Assembly: GCA_021513715.1 (NCBI GenBank)
Contig: CP084167.1
Location: 1,248,001 to 1,312,000 of the forward strand
DNA from: Candidatus Heimdallarchaeum endolithica
GTDB lineage: Archaea; Asgardarchaeota; Heimdallarchaeia; Heimdallarchaeales; Heimdallarchaeaceae
DNA: 64,000 nucleotides
Reading direction: 5' to 3'
In this document: one piece after another, positions 29,564 to 41,439 of the stretch
Numbering within the stretch: position 1 is the first letter of the stretch
Layout: every line of letters starts with the position of its first letter
Notes under the pieces: generated by a model
Databases searched by the model: none
What the model saw: only the letters and a program-made list of their open reading frames with translations
What the model was told of the DNA's origin: nothing
Made by a program: the position numbers and the translations under genes

Positions 29564-30268
29564 TTGAATGAAGAAGAAAAGGAATTAGTAGAAGTAGATG
29601 TCAACGAAGAGGGTATTGAAGAGATATCTGTTGGTGAACAAAAACAAGAAACTGAATCTAAAGAAGAAAGTAAAGAAAAGAAAGAGTCTCAAGATGAGGT
29701 CGACGAAATAGAAGAGTTACGAAAATCACTCAAAGCACTTTTCTCAGATCCTGAAGCGTTAATTGAGCAATATGTTGAATTATATAAAGAGCTCAAAGAA
29801 GCAAAGGAAAAGCGTGATGAGTATCTTTACCTTGCTCAAAAAACTCAAGCTAATTTAGAAAACTATAGAAAGCAAGTACACAAGGATCAACAATGGGCTA
29901 ATTTCCACAACAAGTCCAAAATCCTGGAGAAATTTCTTTCCATCTACGATGACCTTGCTAGAACTCAAGCTGAATTTGATAAGAATCCAGATATTGAACA
30001 TGTAAAAGAAGCTCTTCGCATGATATTTGAAAATTTCAAGGCTACTTTTGATAATTTAGAAGTTAAAGTAATTTCACCCAAAGAAGGTGAAAAATTCAAT
30101 CCTCGTATTCATGAAGCTATTCATGTTTTAGAGTTAGAGGACAAAGAAAACAACTCTATTATTGAGGTTGTAAGTTTAGGATTTATGTTACAAGACTTAG
30201 TTCTTCGTCCTGCTAAAGTCGTGATTTCAAAAGTAAAGAGTAAACAAAAAAATGAAAATAAAGATTAA
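29564..30268 (+). CDS. grpE: Nucleotide exchange factor GrpE
   Basis: ANLENYRKQ, FNPRIHEAI and VLRPAKVVIS motifs; directly upstream of dnaK. Confidence 0.95.
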   Translation: MNEEEKELVEVDVNEEGIEEISVGEQKQETESKEESKEKKESQDEVDEIEELRKSLKALFSDPEALIEQYVELYKELKEAKEKRDEYLYLAQKTQANLENYRKQVHKDQQWANFHNKSKILEKFLSIYDDLARTQAEFDKNPDIEHVKEALRMIFENFKATFDNLEVKVISPKEGEKFNPRIHEAIHVLELEDKENNSIIEVVSLGFMLQDLVLRPAKVVISKVKSKQKNENKD

Positions 30269-30279
30269 GGTGATTAGAA

Positions 30280-32190
30280 ATGTCAGAAGAAAAGAAAGAA
30301 ACTAAGAAAGAAATAGTTGTTGGAATTGACTTAGGAACAACAAACTCTGCTATTGCCTACATGGTAGGAAACCAACCTCAGATTATTCCCAATGCTGAAG
30401 GAGGAAGAATCACTCCCAGTGTTGTAGCTTTTAATGAGGATGGAACCAGAACTGTTGGTATCCAAGCTAAAAGACAAGCTGTTGCCCAAGCTGAACGAAC
30501 AGTTATTGAGATTAAAAGAAAAATGGGTACCGATTATCGATTTGAAGTTGATGGAAAGAAATACAGACCTGAGGAAATCAGTGCTATGATTCTTTCCAAA
30601 CTCAAACATGATGCTGAAGAATATTTAGGTCAAAAAATTAACAAAGCAGTTATCACTGTTCCTGCATATTTCAGTGATTCTCAAAGACAAGCAACAAAAG
30701 ATGCAGGAGAGATAGCAGGTTTAGAAGTTTTAAGAATTGTTAACGAACCTACAGCATCCGCTCTAGCATATGGTCTTGATAAAGAAGAAGCTGAAAAGGT
30801 TCTTGTTTTTGATCTCGGTGGAGGAACTTTTGATGTTTCAATATTGGAATTAGACGAAGGATTATTCAGAGTAATTGCTACAAGTGGGAATAACCTTCTT
30901 GGAGGTTCTGATTGGGATCAAAAGATAATAGACTGGATGATTGAGGAATTTAAGAAAAATGAAGGAATTGACCTTTCTAGTGACCCAAAGATTGTACAAC
31001 GATTAAAAGATGCAGCAGAACAAGCCAAAATTGAATTAACATCCAAGCTCCAAACAAGGATTAATCTTCCCTATATCACTTTTGATCCAAAGACTAACAG
31101 TCCAAAACACCTAGAGATGACACTTACAAGAGCTAAATTTGAAGAGATGACAAGAGATCTTGTTGAAAAATGCCGTGGACCCTCCTTACAAGCAATGAAA
31201 GATTCAAAACTAAAGCCTGAAGATCTAGATAAAATCATTCTTGTTGGTGGAGCCACTCGTATGCCAATGATACAAAAAATGGTTAAGGAGCTTTTTGGTA
31301 AAGAACCTCACAAAGGAATTAACCCTGATGAAGTAGTTGCATTAGGAGCTGCTGTTCAAGCTGGAGTCTTAGCTGGAGAAGTAAAAGACATCCTTCTACT
31401 TGATGTTACTCCTTTAACTTTAGGTGTCGAGACACTAGGAGGAGTTATGACACCATTAATTGAACGAAACACTACTATACCAGTTACCAAGAAAAAAGTT
31501 TTCACTACAGCTGTTGATGGGCAACCAAGTGTAGAAATTCATGTTCTTCAAGGAGAACGTACAATGGCTAAAGATAACATTACTTTAGGCCGATTCCAGT
31601 TAGTGGGTATTCCTCCTGCACCTAGAGGTGTTCCTCAAATTGAAGTAAGTTTTGAAATAGATGCTAACGGCATTCTCAAAGTATTTGCAAAGGATTTAGG
31701 AACTGGAAAAGAACAATCAATCACTATCCAATCTTCTCATCTAACTGAAGAAGAGATCGAGAGAATGAGAAAAGAAGCAGAGCAATACAAAGAAGAAGAC
31801 CAAAAACGCAGAGAATTAATTGAAGCAAAAAATGGAGCAGAACAAGCAATCTATACTACTGAAAAAACAATAAAAGAAGCAGAAGATAAAATTACTGAGG
31901 ACGAGAAAAACGCATTGAATGCCAAAATTGAGGAATTAAGGAAGATTCTTGAGGGAGAGGATCTTGATAAAATTAAGAAAAAGACTGAAGAATTAATGCA
32001 AGAAATGTTCAAGATCTCTCAAAGAATCTATGGCGCAGCAGGTCCTCAAGGAGCACCTGGAGCAGGTCCTACAGGATTTCCTGGTTATGGCGCTCCAAGT
32101 GAAGCAGCAGGAACACAAACTGGTTCAGATGTTGATGAAGAAAGCGTAATTGATGTTGACTATGAACCAGTTGACGAAGACGAAAAATAA
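30280..32190 (+). CDS. dnaK: Chaperone DnaK (Hsp70)
   Basis: [25 protein letters not shown] and [14 protein letters not shown] motifs. Confidence 0.99.
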   Translation: MSEEKKETKKEIVVGIDLGTTNSAIAYMVGNQPQIIPNAEGGRITPSVVAFNEDGTRTVGIQAKRQAVAQAERTVIEIKRKMGTDYRFEVDGKKYRPEEISAMILSKLKHDAEEYLGQKINKAVITVPAYFSDSQRQATKDAGEIAGLEVLRIVNEPTASALAYGLDKEEAEKVLVFDLGGGTFDVSILELDEGLFRVIATSGNNLLGGSDWDQKIIDWMIEEFKKNEGIDLSSDPKIVQRLKDAAEQAKIELTSKLQTRINLPYITFDPKTNSPKHLEMTLTRAKFEEMTRDLVEKCRGPSLQAMKDSKLKPEDLDKIILVGGATRMPMIQKMVKELFGKEPHKGINPDEVVALGAAVQAGVLAGEVKDILLLDVTPLTLGVETLGGVMTPLIERNTTIPVTKKKVFTTAVDGQPSVEIHVLQGERTMAKDNITLGRFQLVGIPPAPRGVPQIEVSFEIDANGILKVFAKDLGTGKEQSITIQSSHLTEEEIERMRKEAEQYKEEDQKRRELIEAKNGAEQAIYTTEKTIKEAEDKITEDEKNALNAKIEELRKILEGEDLDKIKKKTEELMQEMFKISQRIYGAAGPQGAPGAGPTGFPGYGAPSEAAGTQTGSDVDEESVIDVDYEPVDEDEK

Positions 32191-32255
32191 TACTCGTTAA
32201 AAGATAAATTTAATATTAATTCTTTTTCTTCTTTCTACCGTTAGGAAGTGACCCT

Positions 32256-33404
32256 ATGTCAGAGAAACGAGATTACTATGAAGTCTTGGGAGTTAGTCGA
32301 GACGCCTCAGAAAGTGAAATAAAAAAAGCGTTTAGAAAGAAAGCTATGCAATATCATCCTGATCGAAATCCTGACGACCCAGAAGCTGCTGAAAAGTTCA
32401 AAGAAGTTTCTGAAGCTTTTGAAGTCCTTTCTGATCCAGAGAAACGTGCAGCATATGACAGATTTGGTTTTGCAGGAGTAGATTCAAGTTTTTCTCATGT
32501 TAGTGCTAGTGATTTTTCCTCATTCAGTGACTTATTTTCTTCATTATTTGGCGAGGATCTCTTTAGCGAATTTTTTGGAGGACACAGGAGAAGAGCTAGT
32601 GGGCCTAGGAAGGGCTCTGATTTAGTAATGAATTACTCTATTTCTTTTTACGATGCTATTTTTGGTACGAAAAGAGTGGTTGAAGTTCCAATAAAGAAAG
32701 TTTGTCCAACATGCAATGGTTCAGGGACAAAAAAAGGTTCATCTCCTAGGATTTGTCCCACATGCCAAGGATCTGGAGTAGAAACACTAACACAAAGAAG
32801 CGGCTTCACTATATTTCAAAGACAGATTCAATGTCGTCAATGTAATGGAAAAGGGCAGATTATTGATAACCCTTGCCCTACTTGTAAAGGAACTGGCCGT
32901 GCTAAAGAGAACGAAAAAATCAGGTTAGAGATTCCTCCAGGAGTAGATAGCGGTTTTAGACTTAGAATAAAAGGAAAAGGAGAAGAAGGTCGTTTAGGAG
33001 GTCCCAGAGGAGACTTATATATTCGAATAATTGTCGATGAACATCCTTTCTTCAAACGTAGAGGAGATGATCTAGCTGCAGAAATAGCAATCCCCTATCC
33101 AATAGCCGTTTTAGGAGGAGAAATAACTATTCCTACCCCTTATGGTCCAGAGAAAGTAAATATACCAAAGAATACTAAAGATGGGGATATTATTAGACTT
33201 GCTAAAAAAGGAGTGCAACGACAAACTAGATATGGTGTCAATCGTGGAGACTTCCATGTAGTCGTAAGAATAGATATTCCCAAAAAATTGACAAATGAAG
33301 AAAAAGAGTTACTTATTAAATTGTCTAAAATAATGCAAATGCCAGAGAAACAACAAAAATTGTTTAATAAACTATTTGAAGAAATTAAGAAAAATAAGAA
33401 ATAG
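32256..33404 (+). CDS. dnaJ: Chaperone DnaJ
   Basis: J domain with HPD; four CxxCxGxG repeats. Confidence 0.98.
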   Translation: MSEKRDYYEVLGVSRDASESEIKKAFRKKAMQYHPDRNPDDPEAAEKFKEVSEAFEVLSDPEKRAAYDRFGFAGVDSSFSHVSASDFSSFSDLFSSLFGEDLFSEFFGGHRRRASGPRKGSDLVMNYSISFYDAIFGTKRVVEVPIKKVCPTCNGSGTKKGSSPRICPTCQGSGVETLTQRSGFTIFQRQIQCRQCNGKGQIIDNPCPTCKGTGRAKENEKIRLEIPPGVDSGFRLRIKGKGEEGRLGGPRGDLYIRIIVDEHPFFKRRGDDLAAEIAIPYPIAVLGGEITIPTPYGPEKVNIPKNTKDGDIIRLAKKGVQRQTRYGVNRGDFHVVVRIDIPKKLTNEEKELLIKLSKIMQMPEKQQKLFNKLFEEIKKNKK

Positions 33405-33467
33405 TTATTCCCTAACTTCTTTTTATTTTCAGATACTTTTTTATTAGGTAAATGTGATTTATTATAT

Positions 33468-34394
33468 ATGAGTGATGAAGATTTTGTTCGCTGTCCCAAC
33501 TGTGGAAATCTAAACATTAAAGGTTCAACCAAATGCCTTTTCTGTGATCAAGAATTAGAAGTTTCAGAAGAAGATAAGGGTAAAGTAGTAGAAACTTTTC
33601 CTTGTCCTAGCTGTTCTACAGATTTACCTGTAGGTGTAAAATCATGTCCTATTTGTGGATGGAGTGAAGAAGGAGCTTCACAGGTAGAAGAAGGACCAAC
33701 AGATAAAGGTGAATCGCTAGGTATTCCTCAAGTAGGAGAGAGTGCACCCCCTGCACCTACTATTCCAAAAATGCCTGAAACAGAAGAAGAAGGAGAAGAA
33801 GTTCTTACACCTAAAATTCCAGATATGTTAGTTGAAGAAGTAGAAAAGGTAGAAGAGGAAATAATTATCGAAGAAGAGCTTGTTCAACCAGAAAAAGTTT
33901 CATTTAAATTCACTATTGCATTCATATGTTTATCATTGTTACTCTCAATATTTCATTATGGTTTCAGTTTCTTAATAGCCCTTCCATCAGTTAAAGTCAT
34001 AGACCCTGAAGTTCAAGTTATTCCTTTACAAGGGGATCTATCTACCGCAGTTAAAATTAGTGCTATTGCCTTTTATCTATCAGTAGTTGTATCTATTACT
34101 TCAGGATACATTATTTCGTTGTTTATTAGAAAAAGAATCAAAGAGTTAAAAAATATCATTTTGTGGTTGGGGATTTTCATATTTATAGATCTGATTGTCC
34201 ATATAGCTATTCCAGCTCTAGCTACAATAATATTCTATCCACGAGAGATTCTATTTATCAATCTATCTGGAGCTACTTTGGTCTTCTTAGTTACAAATAT
34301 AGTTCTAATGTTCACACCCTTTATTGTAGGAGGACACTGGTTATTTACAAAACTTGATAAGCTTTATTTTCCTAAAAAACATGCCCAAAACTGA
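33468..34394 (+). CDS. Double zinc-ribbon membrane protein
   Basis: Four CxxC pairs, an acidic/Pro linker and four C-terminal TM helices. Confidence 0.75.
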   Translation: MSDEDFVRCPNCGNLNIKGSTKCLFCDQELEVSEEDKGKVVETFPCPSCSTDLPVGVKSCPICGWSEEGASQVEEGPTDKGESLGIPQVGESAPPAPTIPKMPETEEEGEEVLTPKIPDMLVEEVEKVEEEIIIEEELVQPEKVSFKFTIAFICLSLLLSIFHYGFSFLIALPSVKVIDPEVQVIPLQGDLSTAVKISAIAFYLSVVVSITSGYIISLFIRKRIKELKNIILWLGIFIFIDLIVHIAIPALATIIFYPREILFINLSGATLVFLVTNIVLMFTPFIVGGHWLFTKLDKLYFPKKHAQN

Positions 34395-34396
34395 AG

Positions 34397-34840
34397 ATGT
34401 GTCATATAATGGATGGGAAAAAACTTGAGAATTTCTTAAAATATGAATTAGAAAACATTAACAAACATTTGCCAAGAAAGAGAATACCGCTAAATAAAGG
34501 AATGAAAGAAAATACTTATGTAAGCAAAGGTAATGATAAAATTTCTATTGACCCTCGAGAAATACAATTCTTACAATCTTTATGTCCCAAGGATAAACTT
34601 AATTCTGTTTATCTTCCGATAATTATTGTTAGAAGAAGAGATCTTGGAGAAGGAGCATATATAATAAGTGGTGAATCTATTGAAGAGTTCTTAGTTTTAA
34701 AAGCAATTAATAAATGGGAAGGTGACTGGAGCGAATTTCTTAAGGAAAAGGAAAAAAGACACTATTTTTATCTATATAAACCAGACTTATTAGAAATAAG
34801 AAAAAAACTTTCCACATGCACTGTTATTGCTTTTAGTTAA
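34397..34840 (+). CDS. DUF61 (UPF0216) family protein
   Basis: INKHLPRKRIPL, LPIII, YLYKP..EIRKKL and TVIAF match the archaeal DUF61 pattern. Confidence 0.75.
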   Translation: MCHIMDGKKLENFLKYELENINKHLPRKRIPLNKGMKENTYVSKGNDKISIDPREIQFLQSLCPKDKLNSVYLPIIIVRRRDLGEGAYIISGESIEEFLVLKAINKWEGDWSEFLKEKEKRHYFYLYKPDLLEIRKKLSTCTVIAFS

Positions 34841-34891
34841 ATAGAATAGAGAAACTTTATTTATTTCTATTCTTTTTTTTCTTGATAAAAA

Positions 34892-36076
34892 ATGAATTCT
34901 TTTACAATTTCAAAAGAAACTCACAAAAAAAGAATGGAAAAAATTAGAAGTTGGTTAGAAAAAGAAAATTTATCTGCAATGATTTTCTTTAGCCCTATGT
35001 CAATTTATTATCTAACAGGATATCGTTTTATTCCTACAGAAAGACCTATTTCTTTTGTTTTTCCCACTTTTGGTGAACCTTGGTTTTATGTTCCGAGATT
35101 AGAAGTCGAACACATTAGAGAAAAAATACCTTGGATAACATATGAGTACTATTTTGAATATCCAGATCTAAAGCACCCTGCAAAAATTTTTGTAGAATTA
35201 ATAAAAAGAAAAAAACTTATAACAGACCCCATAGGCCTTGAGTCTCCCAATTTTTCTGCTCACTGGGGATATAAAGGGACATTAATTACTGATTTATTAA
35301 AAGATGATGTCCAAACTAAACTTTTTCCTTACCTTATTATGGAAATGAGAAAAATAAAAGATGAAGAAGAGCTCAAACTTATTCGAGAATCTGCAAAATG
35401 GGGGCATTTAGCACACAAATTATTACAAGAATATACTGAAATAGGAAAAGATGAAGTTGAAGTTAGTTTAAAAGCTTCTTGGGATGCAACAAAAGAAATG
35501 TTAAGAGAACTGCAAGATTTTGTTCCAAGTGGTACATTATCAGCTTATGCTGGGTATAGAGGGCAAATCGGTGAGTGGAGCGCAATCCCCCATTCTGTTT
35601 TACAAAAAACAAAATTTGAACAAGGTCAAACACTTGTAACAGGAGCTTCAGCTAATGTTTCTGGTTATTTGTCTGAACTTGAAAGAACTATGTTTATTGG
35701 TAAGCCAAATGAGAAACAGGGAAGATACTTCCAAATAATGAAAAAAGCTCAAGATGCTGCTTTAGAGACCTTTTCTCCTGGAATCCCATGTAGCAAAGTA
35801 GACAAAGCTGCAAGAAAAGTTTTCAAAGACGAAGGAGTTTTCCATTTAGTTCAGCACCATACAGGACATGCTATTGGTTTAGAAGGTCACGAACCTCCTT
35901 TTCTTGACATTGGAATAGATGAAATCATTAAACCTGGAATGGTTTTCACTTGCGAACCTGGAATTTATGAGTATAAATTTGCAGGTTTTCGTCATTCTGA
36001 CACTGTTATTATCAACGAAGATGGAGCAGAAAGAATAACGCCATATCCTCGAGATATTGATGATTTAACTATTTGA
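34892..36076 (+). CDS. Xaa-Pro peptidase (M24B)
   Basis: Creatinase-like N-domain; HHTGHAIGLEGHE, TCEPGIY and GFRHSDT motifs. Confidence 0.9.
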   Translation: MNSFTISKETHKKRMEKIRSWLEKENLSAMIFFSPMSIYYLTGYRFIPTERPISFVFPTFGEPWFYVPRLEVEHIREKIPWITYEYYFEYPDLKHPAKIFVELIKRKKLITDPIGLESPNFSAHWGYKGTLITDLLKDDVQTKLFPYLIMEMRKIKDEEELKLIRESAKWGHLAHKLLQEYTEIGKDEVEVSLKASWDATKEMLRELQDFVPSGTLSAYAGYRGQIGEWSAIPHSVLQKTKFEQGQTLVTGASANVSGYLSELERTMFIGKPNEKQGRYFQIMKKAQDAALETFSPGIPCSKVDKAARKVFKDEGVFHLVQHHTGHAIGLEGHEPPFLDIGIDEIIKPGMVFTCEPGIYEYKFAGFRHSDTVIINEDGAERITPYPRDIDDLTI

Positions 36077-36991
36077 AACTTTTTTTCTTGTTAATATAAC
36101 TTTTTTTCCATTTTCTTTAAGGAATATAGTATCTTCTGCTTGAGCTACAGGTTTGTTAGTTATTTCCTTTAAAACTGAATATCCGTGTAAAACATGTTGT
36201 TCTGTTAACTCTTCTAATGCCTGTTCGATCTGTTTTTTACTGAACTTTTCAACTAACCAACGTGGAGAGAAAGGTAATCCATAGAAGTGCTTTTTTATAT
36301 AAACAAAGACTTCTCTGGCTTGAGGACTTGGAGTATTTCTTAACTGTGAGTAATGTATGAATATCGTTTCCAAATCATCATCAATTACTATACCTTTTCC
36401 TGTTGTTGAAAATGGTTCTATTGCATAGGCATTGTTCTTATGAAAAACATCTTTAGGTTTCCACAGCTTTTTATTTTTTCCGTAATTAGGAATAGATAAC
36501 CCATCATGGAGAGAATATTGTCCTAGAGAATGTCCAGACAAATTTGTTATAGGTTTGAAACCTTCTTTTCTGATTGTTTTTTCTACTACTGCCCCAACTT
36601 CATAAACATTTACTTTATCATTTATCTTCTTTAAAGCTGCAAAAAGTGCATGTTCAGCTGAAGTTTTTAACTTTTCAAATTTAGAATCAAATATTTTCAT
36701 CCTCGCTGCATCAGTAATAAAACCATCTACAGCTACACCAAGATCTATTTTAACAATTGAATGATCAGGTATTTCACTAGTATCATCAATTATTGGTGAA
36801 TAATGAGCAGCTACTTCATTAATAGAAATATTTACAGGAAAAGCAGGTATTGCTCCTTGTTTTCTGATAAAATTTTCTGTTCTTTCTGCTATTTCAAGTA
36901 AAGAACTCCCTGGTTCACATAAACTCAAAGCTAGTTCCATGGCTTTTACATGTACTTGACCACTCAATTTGTATTTTTTTTCCGTTTCCAT
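36065..36991 (-). CDS. map: Type II methionine aminopeptidase
   Basis: AAHYSP, KIDLGV, DAA, NLSGH, AIEPF and AQAEDT motifs, with the type II insert (LPFSPRW). Confidence 0.95.
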   Translation of the reverse strand: METEKKYKLSGQVHVKAMELALSLCEPGSSLLEIAERTENFIRKQGAIPAFPVNISINEVAAHYSPIIDDTSEIPDHSIVKIDLGVAVDGFITDAARMKIFDSKFEKLKTSAEHALFAALKKINDKVNVYEVGAVVEKTIRKEGFKPITNLSGHSLGQYSLHDGLSIPNYGKNKKLWKPKDVFHKNNAYAIEPFSTTGKGIVIDDDLETIFIHYSQLRNTPSPQAREVFVYIKKHFYGLPFSPRWLVEKFSKKQIEQALEELTEQHVLHGYSVLKEITNKPVAQAEDTIFLKENGKKVILTRKKVSNS

Positions 36992-37054
36992 TTTAATCCT
37001 TTCTTCAGTATAATCAAAAATGTATATTCTGTTTTTTATTTGTTTTCTTAATAC

Positions 37055-38064
37055 TGTTTACTCAATAGACTTGGGTTACACTTTTGGGTACTAGAGAAAC
37101 ATAGGGGTGATTCATAAATCTTTCTCCTGGGGTGAGGAAGTTAAGAGATTGGTGAGGACGACTAAAATTGTAGTAAGAGCGGTAGTAGGAGAGATCTGCG
37201 TTGCAGTATTTTAGACCTAATCTTTCCATCTCACGGATGATTGTCCCATGTAGTCTTTCTACTTTTCCACATGTTTCGGGGTGAAAAACTCTAGCTCTGA
37301 TGTGTTTTATTCCTTCTGTTTGACACCAACGGGAGAAGGTACTTGTTCCTCCTCCAACGGAAGAGAAGAGTGCTCCATTGTCCGTGAGGATAGACTCGGG
37401 GTAACCGTACTCTTTTATTGCTTCCTCTAGTAGATTTATTATCTGCTCTTTTTTTGGTGCAAAAGGGTGGAATTTAGCTCCCAGACAGAATCGTGAGTGG
37501 TCGTCTATCAAGGTTATGAGATGGAGATGTTGTCCCTGTTCTTCTACCCAGAATGGTCCTTTCACATCTATTTACCAGAGTTCGTTAGGTTTTTGACGTT
37601 CAAAACTCTTGTATCGAGGTCTCTTCCTCTTTTTTCTATTGACCCATAAAGGAAGACCTAACTCTTTTATTACTTTCGTCACTGTCGTCTGAGAGAGTGC
37701 TTTTCCTTCTCTCTTCAACAAATAAGCTATCTTCTCCACATTCATTCCTTGTTTTATTCTTAACTCCCTTATCCTCTCTTTTAACTCCTCATCCACTTTC
37801 CTGTGTATAGTTTTTGGTCTGGAGGATCTATCTTTCCACCATTCTCCTTCAGGGTTCTCTCTGAACCTCTTCAACCACTTATACACAAACTTCCTACTCA
37901 CCATATACTTGTGAGCTATCTCTTTTATCTTCTCTCCATCCAAAGCTTTTTTAACTACAATTTTTCTTAGTTTCTCCAGGTTACGTTCGGTCTTATTCAT
38001 ATTTAATCACTTACCCACGTAACCCACTTCTATTTATTTGTTACCAATGTGAGTGGAGTATACA
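37055..38064 (-). mobile_element. IS481-family insertion sequence (1010 bp) with a 17-bp target-site duplication
   Basis: TGT...ACA ends with 26-bp imperfect TIRs (18/26); flanked by ATTTGTTTTCTTAATAC at 37038-37054 and 38065-38081; higher GC than the host sequence. Confidence 0.93.
37062..38000 (-). pseudogene. IS481 transposase interrupted by one in-frame stop
   Basis: The ORFs 38000-37572 and 37565-37062 are in the same frame; ELW*IDVKGPF corresponds to WQID (CAA>TAA). HTH N-terminus; DDHSR, TDNG, GKVER and YNFSRPHQSL integrase-core motifs. Confidence 0.9.
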
Positions 38065-38226
38065 ATTTGTTTTCTTAATACCGAAAAAGAAAAAAATTGA
38101 AAATAATGAACCTAAATTATGATTTTTTTCAATAATATGAAACTTTGAAAACCAACGATAATATTAAAATAGAATAAATGATAAAGTAACAAGTAACTAA
38201 ACCTTACTTATTTAGGAGAAAGAAAC

Positions 38227-39978
38227 ATGCCACTTGAGACAAATAACTACTTTAAACCTGTTGAACCAAAAAAATACATTGGACAGCAAGAAATCATTAA
38301 AAGTTTTAATGAACTTATAAATAAGTTCAAAGTTGGAGAAACAGAAAAAAGGTCAGTATTGATAATTGGTAATAATGGTACTGGAAAATCTTCACTTCTT
38401 TTAAAATTAGCAGAATATATTAGCGGGAGAAGAGATACAAAGACTATTTACGACATTAAACCAATAAAGGAGCAAGTTGAAGGATTTTTTAGAAATTGGT
38501 TAAATGATATTGATAAGCTTACTCCAAATTGGGGAGGTATCTTCGAAAAGATTCCTGAACTTCCTCTTCTTAAAGATGATAACAGAATCACTGATGAGAT
38601 AGAATATGTACAAGAATTTACGAATAAATTCTTTGAAAAAATGGACAAAATCGATAAAAAGCTAAAAAATGAGAAAATTAGATTATATTTCTTCATAGAC
38701 AATACTTCCATTTTTAGAATGATGAGATATTCTATTTTCTACAAAATATTCGCACAAATTGTTGAAGAAATAACAAAAAAAGGTTACAATCTTTTTGTCG
38801 TGACGACAATAGATGAACTCTTCCTTTCAGAAATTGACATTGAAAAGAAACTTACTTTCAACTCAGACATTTATAAATTGAAGCCTTTAACAGAAGCAGA
38901 AGCTCAAATATTCATAAAAGAAAAATCTCCAGAACTTAAGTTGTCTGATGTCCTAGAACTTCTAGAAAATAGTGAAAGAACATACTTTGATCTTATCTTA
39001 GCAATATTCTTTATAGAGAAAAAGCTTTCTGTGACAGATTATGTAGAAAAGAACATAGTAAAATTACTAGATATTTCTGAAGAAGAACATGAAGCTCTTC
39101 AAGAAATGGGTACGTATTCTGAGAACCTATTTCCTGAAGAAAGGTTACTTAAGTTCATTCAAAAAGAAACTTTAGATAGTTTAGAGAAAAAAGGTTTAAT
39201 CGAATATTTTGGAGATTACATCCGTTTTACACAAAATGCACTTTTAGATGTAGTTAAATTTAATGAGAAATTATATTCTACATTAACAATTATAATGATA
39301 AAGTTAGATAAAATTCTACATGATCTAGAGAGTGACATAATACCTACTGACATTGAATTCCAAGAACTAAGAAAGATAACTTCCCGTATTCATGATGGTT
39401 TGTCATATAATGTAGTTGGAGCAAAAGTAAACCAAATAATTAAAATGCTGATTAAGAAAAAAGAGTTCCAAAAAGCTTATGATTTTGCTTTACTAAACAT
39501 TAACAATTTTGATCAACTTCATGATTTTGTAAGAGCTGCAACTATTGCAGAGAAAGTAGGAAGAGATTTAGAGGAAAAACATTACGCTTTTGCAGGAAAA
39601 TTATATTATAGAGCAGGTACTTTCTATGAGACTATGAAAGAAGACTCAAAAGCTAAACGTGCATTTATACGTGCAGCAGATCAGTTTGAGAAACAGTTTT
39701 CTTCATTAGATGCCAAAACTAGTCCTTATTTATTAAGAGCGCATATTAAATCATGCTTAGATTGTTATAGAAAAGCTAAAGACGAAGCTAGATTTAGAAG
39801 AATCAAAGAAAAAGCAATCAAGATCTTCCCTGAGGAATCAATACATCATCGCTATGTTAGTGAGATTAATTATAAGAAAACAGAGACTATACAAGCCACT
39901 CCGATTATAGAAGAAACAAAAGAAGAAGAAAAGAAACCAATAGATATCGATGATTTAGAAAAAGAATTAGAATTTTAG
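38227..39978 (+). CDS. Archaeal STAND-like ATPase with wHTH and TPR/SNAP-like C-terminal repeats
   Basis: YIGQQE...GNNGTGKS Walker A and FFIDN Walker B variant; C-terminal AGKLYYRAGTFY...AKRAFIRAADQF helical repeats. Confidence 0.7.
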   Translation: MPLETNNYFKPVEPKKYIGQQEIIKSFNELINKFKVGETEKRSVLIIGNNGTGKSSLLLKLAEYISGRRDTKTIYDIKPIKEQVEGFFRNWLNDIDKLTPNWGGIFEKIPELPLLKDDNRITDEIEYVQEFTNKFFEKMDKIDKKLKNEKIRLYFFIDNTSIFRMMRYSIFYKIFAQIVEEITKKGYNLFVVTTIDELFLSEIDIEKKLTFNSDIYKLKPLTEAEAQIFIKEKSPELKLSDVLELLENSERTYFDLILAIFFIEKKLSVTDYVEKNIVKLLDISEEEHEALQEMGTYSENLFPEERLLKFIQKETLDSLEKKGLIEYFGDYIRFTQNALLDVVKFNEKLYSTLTIIMIKLDKILHDLESDIIPTDIEFQELRKITSRIHDGLSYNVVGAKVNQIIKMLIKKKEFQKAYDFALLNINNFDQLHDFVRAATIAEKVGRDLEEKHYAFAGKLYYRAGTFYETMKEDSKAKRAFIRAADQFEKQFSSLDAKTSPYLLRAHIKSCLDCYRKAKDEARFRRIKEKAIKIFPEESIHHRYVSEINYKKTETIQATPIIEETKEEEKKPIDIDDLEKELEF

Positions 39979-39988
39979 GTGAAATAAG

Positions 39989-41428
39989 GTGTCAGAAAAA
40001 GAAATTAGTAAATTTAGTAAAGAAATAGAAAATTTAGAAAATGAGATTTTTGCTTTAAATAGTTCTTTAGAAGAACTTCAAGCATTTGATAAGTATTATA
40101 GTGAGCTTTTACAAATAATTCAGAACAAATTATTATCGTTAAATGAAAAGCTTAGAGAGTTACATGACAACTCCCACAAAGAATTAACAAACAATATTGA
40201 AACAATAGAAGAAAAAACGAAAGAGTTAACTCTAAAATGGACTGAAACTAACAAAGAGACAGCGACAACAGAGTTAACAAAAATTGATGAAAAACTAAGT
40301 AATCTAAAAATAAAGTTTGTTGAAAGCTTAAATTCGAACAAAAAAGCAATAGAGAACCTTTCTGAAAAATTTGTAAATGATATAAATAATATCATCAGCG
40401 CACATATTCAAGAACATGAGCGTTTTTCAACCAATCAGGTTAAGACAACAAGAGATAGTTTTTCAGATATGAAAAAAGAGTTATCAGATCTACACTTAAA
40501 CAGTATAAAAGAATTAGAAAAAAATACAGTAGATATAAGATCAAATTTTGACGCCAATATTAAAATCAATGAAGATATTCTAAAAGAAAGTATTCAACAT
40601 TTGAGAACTGAATATAGAGATAAGTTAACTATGAATATGGAAGGAGTTTTTGAAAGTTTTGAGAGAATTAAAGACGAACTAGGAAACATGGTCACAAATA
40701 CTATTCAAAAAATTCAGAATGAACTTTCAGGAATTACAGAAACAATGGATAAATACCTTATTCAAGAAATTTCTAAAATCCAAGATATTTTAGGAGACTA
40801 CGAGGAAGGAATGTTAGATGTAAACAATATTGTTATGAGCAATTTTGATGCTTCTAAAAAAGAATTATTACAAAGATATGATGATCTTACAGAGAAATAT
40901 ATTACTAAATACAAGAATGCCTATGCAGAACTAGAAGAAAACTATATCAAGAAGAATGAGTCGATTTTAGAGGATTTAGTTTCTAAATCTCAAGAAATGG
41001 TTCAAGAAGCAAAAACAGAGTTTAGTCAACAACAAGAAAATATCTCTTCAATTTTGGAAAAAACACATGAGCAAATAACAATAGAAACAGCAGATTTAGA
41101 GAAAAAGTCTCAAGAACAGTTTAGTGAAATGCAACAAAGTATAGAGAGTTCATCTACTAAAATAAAAACTACTATAGAAACTTCGCAAAATGATGTTAAC
41201 TCAGCTCTTGCAGAACAAACTGTTGCTACTAAAGAAAAAATTAATGATTTAATTACCAATATCAAAAAACAGGTTAAAGATTTACAAGATAGTTCTCTAA
41301 AAGCTTTAGATGAAGAAGCGAAACTTAAGATTACAGAAGCAGATAAAGCACAAAAAGAGAAATTAAAAGTAATTAATCAATTAAAAAAGACTAGCAAAAC
41401 AATAGAAAGAATTAAAGAGGAACTTTAG
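39989..41428 (+). CDS. All-helical coiled-coil / apolipoprotein-like repeat protein
   Basis: 479 aa rich in E/K/L/I with no Pro; GGTGA Shine-Dalgarno before GTG; 10 nt from the upstream gene. Confidence 0.8.
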   Translation: MSEKEISKFSKEIENLENEIFALNSSLEELQAFDKYYSELLQIIQNKLLSLNEKLRELHDNSHKELTNNIETIEEKTKELTLKWTETNKETATTELTKIDEKLSNLKIKFVESLNSNKKAIENLSEKFVNDINNIISAHIQEHERFSTNQVKTTRDSFSDMKKELSDLHLNSIKELEKNTVDIRSNFDANIKINEDILKESIQHLRTEYRDKLTMNMEGVFESFERIKDELGNMVTNTIQKIQNELSGITETMDKYLIQEISKIQDILGDYEEGMLDVNNIVMSNFDASKKELLQRYDDLTEKYITKYKNAYAELEENYIKKNESILEDLVSKSQEMVQEAKTEFSQQQENISSILEKTHEQITIETADLEKKSQEQFSEMQQSIESSSTKIKTTIETSQNDVNSALAEQTVATKEKINDLITNIKKQVKDLQDSSLKALDEEAKLKITEADKAQKEKLKVINQLKKTSKTIERIKEEL

Positions 41429-41439
41429 GAAGTGAAAAA

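Noticed and set aside
37062-38000. Programmed frameshift (IS3-like orfA/orfB)
   Set aside because: Both ORFs are in the same frame, separated by a single TAA, so this is a nonsense mutation rather than a frameshift.
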